From positions 1 to 34,594 of the forward strand of contig JBKCUU010000062.1 of NCBI GenBank assembly GCA_046318155.1: a DNA stretch of 34,594 nt. Reading direction: 5' to 3'. The position numbers were made by a program, and so were the translations under genes. Shown here one piece after another: positions 26,378-34,594 of the stretch. The notes under the pieces are model-generated. The model did no database searches, was not told where the DNA came from, and worked only from the letters and a program-made list of their open reading frames with translations. The stretch comes from Bdellovibrio sp. Lineage in GTDB: Bacteria > Bdellovibrionota > Bdellovibrionia > Bdellovibrionales > Bdellovibrionaceae. Each line of letters opens with the position of its first letter. The first letter of the stretch is position 1.

Positions 26378-28651
26378 ATGAAGAATGGAATCTTTCGGCT
26401 GCTTTTGGCGGCCCTCTTATCGACCACGATGGCCTGCTCGACAACGCCTCCCGCAGCTGAGAGCGGCGGCGGCTTGGATGGTGACGCCACTGAATCGGTT
26501 GGCAGCGGCGGGATCGATGAATTTGCTGAATTTGAGGCACCCTCTGGCGGCGCAGCCGATCCTGGCAGCAATCCTGAAGAAAGCATCGAAAACGAGCTGG
26601 CTGCTCAAGACACGCCCGCTTCGAATGCTCCTACTACGCTCGACAATACGGCTATCGAAAAACCAGCGGGCGGCGATGAGTTCGCCGAATTTGATGCACC
26701 TCAAAGTTCAGAAATACCTCCTCCTGCAGACACCAGTTCGCAAGAGGCTCCGCCTTCAATGGATGTGGCGGCCATTGATCCCGGTCCTGAGATTGACACG
26801 CCTCCCATGAGCGAGCCGATGCCCGAGCCCGAGCCTCTGGCCGAAGCGCCCGCGCCCGAACCCGCGCCGGTTCCTGAGGTGGCAGAAGAGCCTGCGCCTG
26901 TGACGGAAGAGCCCGCGGGACCAGTGGCCATGCAAAGTGACTCTGGGCCGATCGTCAATATCACCAGTATCCAGTACCGCGCCAATGACAACGGTGGCAC
27001 GGTGGTGATCGAAGGATCGGGTCCCTTGTCCTTTAATCCTCGAATGAACGCTGAGACCAATCAGTTCATCGTTGAAGTCCCCAACTCGCGTTTACCTCGT
27101 AAACTCAAGCGCCCGTTTAACACCCGCGATTTTGCGGGCACCATTGGCTCGATCGATGCGTATCAAGGCAAAGGTTCAACCACGGCACGGATTGTTGTTC
27201 AGCTTCGTGCAGGGGCGGCCGAGCCCGTCGTTCAAGCAGAAGGCAACACGCTTTTTGTCGTGGCGGTGCCTCCGAGCGCCAGCCAAGTCGAAACGACAGA
27301 CGACGATTCAAAGCCAGCCGAAATGATGAACTCAAACTTGATGGCGACCGAAAACATCGAAGAGTTCCTGGCGGGGAATCAGGCGTTTTACGGAAAGCGC
27401 CTTTCGATCGAGACGGATGATGCTGAAGTTCGCGATGTGTTTCGCCTGATTAGCGAAGAATCTAACGTCAACTTGATCATCTCTGATGAAGTGAAAGGCA
27501 AAGTCAGCCTTAAGCTTAAGAACGTTCCCTGGGACCAAGCTCTCGTGATGGTGATGAAGGCTCGAAAGCTGGGCTACACCCGCGTCGGCAACGTTTTGCG
27601 AATTGCGCCCATCGCAGACATTAAGACTGAAGAAGAAGACGCGATTAAGTTTATGGCGGCTAAAAAGGCCAACGCCACTTTCAAGGTGCGAACGCTGCAG
27701 GTGAACTACGCCAAAGTTGAAGAACTCGAAAAGCAGCTCAAGCCTTTGCTCAGTGCACGAGGTTCCGTCATCGCCGATACGCGAACGTCCTCAATCATCG
27801 TGACTGATATTGATGAAAATATGGTCCGTGCCGAGAAATTGGTGCGCGCCTTGGATGTTCCTCCTCAGCAAGTCATGATCGAAGGAAAGATTGTTGAAGC
27901 CAGCGAGGATTTTGAGCGCGGCATCGGAGTGAATTGGACTGCAACTGGCCGTCAGGCAGCACTGTCTGGAATGCGCGGAGCCGGCGGAGCTCCGCTTCGA
28001 GCGAATAGCAACTTTGGAATTCAGCCCAGTCTTCCATCGCCGGCTACTTTTGGTCTTAACTTTTCTTTGGGAACCTTGGATATCTTAGGAGATCTGAACG
28101 CGACGCTCAGTTTGTTCGAGCGCCAGGGTCTCGTGAAAGTGGTGTCTTCGCCTCGCGTGGTGACTTTGCATAACGAAGTGGCCGAGATCAATCAGACGCA
28201 AGAGTTGCCATTGATCACCGCGACGGTCGCACCCAATGGAACAACGACGCCAATCGTCAACTTTAAGCCCGTGAAACTTCGCTTGGGAGTCACTCCCCAA
28301 GTGACAAACGATGGTGCGGTCATCATGGCTGTTGACGTCAGCCGCGAAATTGCGGGAGCCGTCGTTGACCAGAGAACACAGGCTTTTCCGATCAATGCAC
28401 GAACGGCAAAGACCAAAGTCATCGTTAAAAACAGCCAAACAGCTGTTATTGGCGGTATTTACCAAAATGATTCGCAAGTCGGAGAGACACGTGTGCCCGG
28501 ACTTGGAACTTTGCCCGTGATCGGTTGGTTGTTCAAAAGCCGATCGACGAGAAAAAACCGGACCGAATTGCTGATTTTCATCACGCCCCGAATTTTGGGT
28601 CAACTCGAAGGCGCCCCCACACCCTCTACTGGCGATGGAATGGAGTTATAA
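26378..28651 (+). CDS. pilQ: Type IV pilus secretin PilQ (lipoprotein signal, acidic linker, AMIN-like domain)
   Basis: VPWDQAL, DTRTSSIIV, QVMIEGKIVEA, SSPRVVT, VPGLGTLPVIGWLF, ELLIFITPRI. Confidence 0.97.
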   Translation: MKNGIFRLLLAALLSTTMACSTTPPAAESGGGLDGDATESVGSGGIDEFAEFEAPSGGAADPGSNPEESIENELAAQDTPASNAPTTLDNTAIEKPAGGDEFAEFDAPQSSEIPPPADTSSQEAPPSMDVAAIDPGPEIDTPPMSEPMPEPEPLAEAPAPEPAPVPEVAEEPAPVTEEPAGPVAMQSDSGPIVNITSIQYRANDNGGTVVIEGSGPLSFNPRMNAETNQFIVEVPNSRLPRKLKRPFNTRDFAGTIGSIDAYQGKGSTTARIVVQLRAGAAEPVVQAEGNTLFVVAVPPSASQVETTDDDSKPAEMMNSNLMATENIEEFLAGNQAFYGKRLSIETDDAEVRDVFRLISEESNVNLIISDEVKGKVSLKLKNVPWDQALVMVMKARKLGYTRVGNVLRIAPIADIKTEEEDAIKFMAAKKANATFKVRTLQVNYAKVEELEKQLKPLLSARGSVIADTRTSSIIVTDIDENMVRAEKLVRALDVPPQQVMIEGKIVEASEDFERGIGVNWTATGRQAALSGMRGAGGAPLRANSNFGIQPSLPSPATFGLNFSLGTLDILGDLNATLSLFERQGLVKVVSSPRVVTLHNEVAEINQTQELPLITATVAPNGTTTPIVNFKPVKLRLGVTPQVTNDGAVIMAVDVSREIAGAVVDQRTQAFPINARTAKTKVIVKNSQTAVIGGIYQNDSQVGETRVPGLGTLPVIGWLFKSRSTRKNRTELLIFITPRILGQLEGAPTPSTGDGMEL

Positions 28652-29206
28652 ATGAAAAGCGCGCTGGCCGCTCTTTTGATCGGATCTGGACTTTTACTGG
28701 CCGGGTGCTCAGGCACAGGGACCGAAGATCTCGAAATCCGCACGCGCAATGCTCAGTTCATTCTGGTCGATGCTACCACCAAAAGCTGCCGCCAAGTCAT
28801 CGAAGCTCCCCAAGATGAGGATGATTTACAGCCCATTTCGATGTCAATCGGAACAATCACCATCGACTGGAAGGGGAAGAACCCTTTGCAGATCTCTTAC
28901 ATGCGCTTCTTGCTCCAGGGCGCGGGAATTCAGGGTGGTGTGTTTTCAAAGACGATTTCAGGTTCTGATCTCGGTTACACGTGGCGCGGCAATGCGGGTA
29001 TCGTGAGTTTTCCCGCTCAAGTCGGCGAGGTGACGTCGGTTCCAGGTTGCAACGTCGCGATTGGCGGCATCCCGTTGGCCGATAAAACGAAGTCGTCTTC
29101 GGGTCAGGGTTCCCTTTTAATCTATGGTCTTACGGCGGACGGCGACCAAGACGTCCCCGTACAAGTGCGCACCTACTTTAGTTGGCGCTTCGACGGGATC
29201 AATTAA
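28652..29206 (+). CDS. Hypothetical lipoprotein
   Basis: LLLAG-C lipobox; starts immediately after the pilQ stop; beta-rich with two further Cys. Confidence 0.75.
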   Translation: MKSALAALLIGSGLLLAGCSGTGTEDLEIRTRNAQFILVDATTKSCRQVIEAPQDEDDLQPISMSIGTITIDWKGKNPLQISYMRFLLQGAGIQGGVFSKTISGSDLGYTWRGNAGIVSFPAQVGEVTSVPGCNVAIGGIPLADKTKSSSGQGSLLIYGLTADGDQDVPVQVRTYFSWRFDGIN

Positions 29207-29265
29207 CCTTCACCAATCGTCTTTTTCTTGCCTCCTTCTGCAGTCCCGCATTAGGTTCCACGGCC

Positions 29266-30576
29266 ATGGACCTCTTCTCGCAAAAACCAGTGCATGAACT
29301 TCCCGGAACGCCTCTGGCCGAGCGCCTCAGGCCCCGGGAGTGGAGCGAGTTTTTAGGCCAAACCGAGATCCTCAAAAAAATTCAGGCTTTTTTAAAGCAA
29401 AACTATCTCCCCAACTTGATTTTGTGGGGTCCTCCCGGTTGCGGTAAGACGACGCTGGCAAAATTGCTCGCGCGCCACTTTGATGCCGAGTTCATCGAGC
29501 TGCACGCGGTTGAAGCCGGCGCAAAAATCTTGAAAGAAGAGGGCGACAACGCCCGCAACCGTCGCCGTATCGAGAGCCGCCGCACCGTCATTTTCATCGA
29601 TGAAATCCACCGCCTCAACAAAGCCCAGCAAGACGTTCTCTTGCCGTTTATCGAGCAAGGTGATTTTACACTCGTGGGCGCGACGACCGAAAATCCGTCT
29701 TATGAGCTCAACCGCGCCTTGATGAGCCGCTCACGTTTGCTCGTTTTTACTCAGCTCAGCGAGGCTGATTTAAGCGGTTTACTCGAGCGGGCCCTCGGCA
29801 AAGAGCAGCTCCAACTCCAGGATGTTTTTACGCCCGAGACCCCCTCACTGATGCTCGAGTGGGCTGATGGCGACGCCCGCCGTTTGCTCACCGCACTTGA
29901 GGAGGTTCTTTCCAGTTATCAAAATCAAGATGTCAAAGCCCCGCTCACATGGGGGGCGGTCAAAAAAATCGTCGGTTCGCGCCCGCTCGCTTACGATAAA
30001 AACTCAGATCAACACTATGATGTGATCTCAGCTTTTATAAAAAGCCTTCGAGGCAGTGATGCGGATGCGGCTCTGTATTGGCTTGCACGCATGGTCAAAG
30101 GCGGAGAGAACCCCACCTTTATTGCCCGGCGCCTGGTGATTTTGGCTTCTGAAGATGTCGGCAACGCCGACCCGCGCGCTTTGCAAGTCGCACTCGCGGC
30201 CGCGCAAGCCGTCGAGATGATTGGTTGGCCCGAGGGCGGAATTAATCTCGCCCAAGCCGTGACTTACTTAGCGATGGCCCCAAAATCCAACCGCTCGTAC
30301 ATGGCCTACAAAAAAGCCCTCGATTTTGCCGAAAAAACGGGGTCTTTGCCCGTTCCGCTGCACTTACGCTCAAGCAAAACAGAACTGATGAAGTCCATTG
30401 GGTACGGCAAAGACTACGACTACCCTCACGACCACGCCAAAGGTTGGGTCGATCAAGGTTATCTCCCTGACGGCATCAATCCGCCGCCCTTCTACGAGCC
30501 CTCAAAGATGGGCTTCGAAAAAACCATGCTCGAGTACGAAGCTTGGCGCAAATCCCAAAAAACTGAGAAAGCCTAA
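29266..30576 (+). CDS. rarA: Replication-associated recombination protein A (MgsA AAA+ ATPase)
   Basis: MDLF..PLAERLRP, GPPGCGKTT, DEIHRLNKAQQD, GATTENP, HYDVISAFIKSLRGSD, SEDVGNADP. Confidence 0.97.
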   Translation: MDLFSQKPVHELPGTPLAERLRPREWSEFLGQTEILKKIQAFLKQNYLPNLILWGPPGCGKTTLAKLLARHFDAEFIELHAVEAGAKILKEEGDNARNRRRIESRRTVIFIDEIHRLNKAQQDVLLPFIEQGDFTLVGATTENPSYELNRALMSRSRLLVFTQLSEADLSGLLERALGKEQLQLQDVFTPETPSLMLEWADGDARRLLTALEEVLSSYQNQDVKAPLTWGAVKKIVGSRPLAYDKNSDQHYDVISAFIKSLRGSDADAALYWLARMVKGGENPTFIARRLVILASEDVGNADPRALQVALAAAQAVEMIGWPEGGINLAQAVTYLAMAPKSNRSYMAYKKALDFAEKTGSLPVPLHLRSSKTELMKSIGYGKDYDYPHDHAKGWVDQGYLPDGINPPPFYEPSKMGFEKTMLEYEAWRKSQKTEKA

Positions 30577-30612
30577 AAGCCACCACGAGTCTTCCTCCTC
30601 GTGACGTCCATT

Positions 30613-31061
30613 CAAATGAGGACACGCCCTAAAAAGAGCAATAGAAACGGCAATTGAAACAGATTGACAGTTTTAACTCTATGCGTTAGAAGCCCGGCAA
30701 TTCATTTTTCAAGTAGCCCTAATATGAAAAGAATTCTTTCTCTGGTTTTGTTGACGGCTGCGTTTTCTGCACAAGCTGCTGATATAAAAATATCTCGGGA
30801 TTGTGGCCAAAAAATTCAGATTTCTCTGGCAAAACAAAATTTAACGATCACCCGGATTATACAGGCTTCTTTCTTTCCTGGTGGAAGTGATGGAGCGAGT
30901 AGCTGGGAAAATGAATACTCTATTCAGGCTGTTGTTAAAAACTCAGAGGGAGTTTCTGCACGAGTTTTTATTGATATCGATGACAACATCAACTGTCGCG
31001 TTCTTCGGGTTAGAAAGATTTTCTAATAAAAATCATCAGATCTAGGGCGTGTCCTGATTTG
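30613..31061. mobile_element. Low-GC single-gene cassette bounded by 19-bp inverted repeats resembling IS ends
   Basis: CAAATGAGGACACGCCCTA (30613-30631) and TAGGGCGTGTCCTGATTTG (31043-31061) match at 18/19 as reverse complements; no transposase present. Confidence 0.6.
30724..31026 (+). CDS. Small secreted hypothetical protein (100 aa, 2 Cys)
   Basis: Signal peptide MKRILSLVLLTAAFSAQA-A; about 39% GC by hand count over 30721-31020. Confidence 0.75.
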   Translation: MKRILSLVLLTAAFSAQAADIKISRDCGQKIQISLAKQNLTITRIIQASFFPGGSDGASSWENEYSIQAVVKNSEGVSARVFIDIDDNINCRVLRVRKIF

Positions 31062-31173
31062 CCTAGACGACTGAGGAGCTGCAAGAATGCAGGTCCTCAG
31101 CGTTCGCTCGGAAACCCTTGGATTGCTTGTGAAGTCGGCGTCCCTACTAGAGTTCGTTGGGATAAAAACAATT

Positions 31174-31479
31174 TTAGAACATTTTTTGGGCGCAAAGACA
31201 GAGGCACGGTTCACGGCCTTGAACCGTGTAGGAGTGGCGCGTGTTTGAGGGTATCTCGACGCGATCACCAGGGCGCAATAGAACCTGGTTGCCAGCAATA
31301 TTCGTCAATAGCTCTCCGCTCAAGACCACGCGAACCTCTGCAAAGGGATGGCGGTGATCCGGAATTTTCATCTCCGGTCCAAACACCTCTTCAAAGGGAT
31401 CAAGTCCCTCTTGCGTGAGGATTAACCGAATTTGGTCGGCGGTTGGAGTCATCGAAGCCTGCCAGCGTGTCATAATCAT
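31174..31479 (-). CDS. Cupin domain protein
   Basis: HRHPFAE...VLSGEL and LRPGDRVEIPSNTRHS cupin motifs 1 and 2. Confidence 0.9.
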   Translation of the reverse strand: MIMTRWQASMTPTADQIRLILTQEGLDPFEEVFGPEMKIPDHRHPFAEVRVVLSGELLTNIAGNQVLLRPGDRVEIPSNTRHSYTVQGREPCLCLCAQKMF

Positions 31480-31639
31480 GGGGGTCACCGTAACCCCGTC
31501 CCGAGTGAATGAAAAGCGATAACATCTCGTCCTGAGACGGTTTCTACTGGAGCCGCTCGAAGTGAGACAATGGGTGTCTCAATGAAGAGCAGTTCCTCCG
31601 CAAGCGGGATTGGAATTCTTCTTTCCGGCCAAGGATCGT

Positions 31640-31666
31640 TAAGTCTACAGCAAGGATCGTCGATAG
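31640..31666 (+). promoter_or_regulatory. Putative sigma28 (FliA)-type promoter
   Basis: TAAG-15 nt-GTCGATAG versus consensus TAAA-N15-GCCGATAA. Confidence 0.5.
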
Positions 31667-31700
31667 AAAGGGGTAACAATTGTCGCACGCGGAGGAACCA

Positions 31701-32216
31701 TTGAGCGAGTCAGCCTCGTCACAAAAACAATCTCAGCTGCTTGAGGAAGTCCTCTCCTATGTGGACCACTCGGCGGGCCTCAGCTCCAGTGTCACCGAGG
31801 AAGGCTCTATCTTTATTCAGCAGGCTCTTGATGGCAAAACGTTCCGCTTTAATATGCGGGATCTCACCGAGGTTCTACAGCGAACTGATGCCGATGGAAA
31901 AGGCTTCATCCAAATCAATTTCACCAATGGTCACAAAGTTTTGTTTACTGATACGCTCGTTGGTTTTAAACCCCGAGGAGTTTTAGGTCTCGACATGGGT
32001 AAGATTCCCAAAGTCGTGACAACCCCAGATTTGATCAGCGTTTTTGAGGCGATTGCGGAATCACTTTCAAGCGACCCGCAAGATCACGAGATCGAAGTTC
32101 TCAAAAAAGTTTTCCTGGCTATTTTGACGGGCGGTGAGCAAGCCGGCTTTGACTTGCAGTTTGAGCGTCGCTGGCTGGGCCGCCTTCTTCCTACCAGATA
32201 TCGCGCATCTGCCTAA
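31701..32216 (+). CDS. Hypothetical protein
   Basis: ORF with GGAGG before TTG 31701 (track start 31680); GFKP and KIPKVVTTPDL segments; no recognised family. Confidence 0.8.
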   Translation: MSESASSQKQSQLLEEVLSYVDHSAGLSSSVTEEGSIFIQQALDGKTFRFNMRDLTEVLQRTDADGKGFIQINFTNGHKVLFTDTLVGFKPRGVLGLDMGKIPKVVTTPDLISVFEAIAESLSSDPQDHEIEVLKKVFLAILTGGEQAGFDLQFERRWLGRLLPTRYRASA

Positions 32217-32325
32217 TGCCTTGGCGCGCTACGAAAAATATCTCCAATTGTATAAGAATTCTCAACACTTAAAGAGAGGCAAAAACCTCTCTTTTTCTTT
32301 TCGAGAAACCCTTTCGAGAAACCCG

Positions 32326-32354
32326 TTGACGACACTCAAGGATCAAAGCATAAC
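32326..32354 (+). promoter_or_regulatory. Promoter for tRNA-Ala
   Basis: TTGACG-17 nt-CATAAC, 12 nt before the tRNA; same architecture as the rRNA promoter. Confidence 0.6.
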
Positions 32355-32366
32355 GACCCACGCTTC

Positions 32367-32442
<76 letters not shown>

Positions 32443-32514
32443 AAGCCACACCGGACATGACTTTTATGTCGCAGCTCTTAAAAAAGATCATGCGAAAAAA
32501 AAGTTAGAAAAGTG

Positions 32515-32543
32515 TTGACGGCGAGAAAGAGATCACTTAGAAC
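32515..32543 (+). promoter_or_regulatory. rRNA operon promoter with upstream A-tracts (UP element)
   Basis: TTGACG-17 nt-TAGAAC preceded by A-rich runs. Confidence 0.7.
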
Positions 32544-32563
32544 TCGTACCTCGCTTCGAAATT

Positions 32564-32575
32564 CGCTCTTTGAAA
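32564..32575 (+). promoter_or_regulatory. boxA antitermination element in the rRNA leader
   Basis: CGCTCTTTGAAA versus consensus TGCTCTTTAACA. Confidence 0.65.
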
Positions 32576-32814
32576 ACTGAATAGCTAGACAAAGGTTTTT
32601 TGAATTCTCGTGAAATAGATATCGACCTTTTTGCTTTTATTTAGACTTATGTTTATTAAGTTTAGTCTGAGGACAATCGTCGAAACTTGAACGGCTGTTA
32701 CAAGCTTTTCACTTAAGTCTATTCTCACAAAATTTCTTTGAATTAACAAAAACCCATAAACAATGATTCCGCTTCATAAAAGCGGATAAAGTGTTTGTTG
32801 GAGTTTCAGAATTT

Positions 32815-34330
<1,516 letters not shown>

Positions 34331-34594
34331 TAAGGAGTCCTTGTTGTTGGCATCGAATGCTTTGGTATTCGATCGCATGTTGTCAGCCAAAAGTTGACAG
34401 CATCGACATCGTTCCCTGGCGGGAACGACTATTTCCTTACATGATCAGGAGTCATCCTGACACATGGGGTGGTAGCTAAGCCTGAGAACCGGATCCGAAA
34501 GGTGAAGGAACAACACAATCATCGTAATTTGGTCTGTTAGTGAGGTGGAGCTTGCTCCTCCGTAACGACAGCGAATACGAGGACACCTAGGTAA
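34331..34594 (+). other. Start of the rRNA spacer downstream of 16S; multi-hairpin, no tRNA seen
   Basis: Follows the 16S 3' end; several 6-11 bp stems. Confidence 0.7.

Noticed and set aside
26800..26920. GAGCC-rich quasi-repeats as a CRISPR array or VNTR
   Set aside because: They simply encode the Pro/Glu linker of PilQ; no repeat-spacer periodicity and no cas genes.
31023..31418. ORFs 31023-31298 (-) and 31059-31418 (+)
   Set aside because: They overlap the well-supported cupin gene and show no motifs.
31485..31688. 67-aa minus-strand ORF upstream of the cupin
   Set aside because: Covers a region better explained as regulatory sequence; no motif or clear RBS.
34440..34510. TPP-riboswitch-like words (GGGGTG...CTGAGA, TGATCAGG) and hammerhead-like CTGA...GAAA
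   Set aside because: The TPP elements are in the wrong order with no downstream gene, and the hammerhead CUGANGA core is incomplete.

Overview
Chromosomal window from a Bdellovibrionota-like (predatory) bacterium. The assignment is inferred from gene order and from signatures in the 5' part of the 16S rRNA. Left to right: (1) a tightly coupled six-gene accessory operon (1-6907) encoding two paralogous exported APH/CLC proteins (Cox11/CtaG-like), a 4-Cys membrane-anchored protein, an HTTM/vitamin-K-carboxylase-like membrane protein, a pseudo-rhodanese protein and a large membrane-anchored Thr-type sulfatase-superfamily enzyme, abutting a convergent redoxin; (2) an astacin-PA14 lipoprotein protease and hpf; (3) housekeeping genes metK, lepA, three tandem lepB, pyrB, carA, a hypothetical gene, carB; (4) an ABC ATPase and permease, pilD, pilMNOPQ, a lipoprotein and rarA; (5) a low-GC single-gene cassette between 19-bp inverted repeats, a cupin, a hypothetical gene, tRNA-Ala(TGC), 16S rRNA and a highly structured spacer. 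The most notable signals are the uncharacterised left-hand operon, a protein-level echo of the LepA C-terminus between lepA and lepB, the inverted-repeat-flanked cassette, an RBS-sequestering metK leader, and a possibly chimeric 16S. All calls are by eye from motifs; no searches were run.
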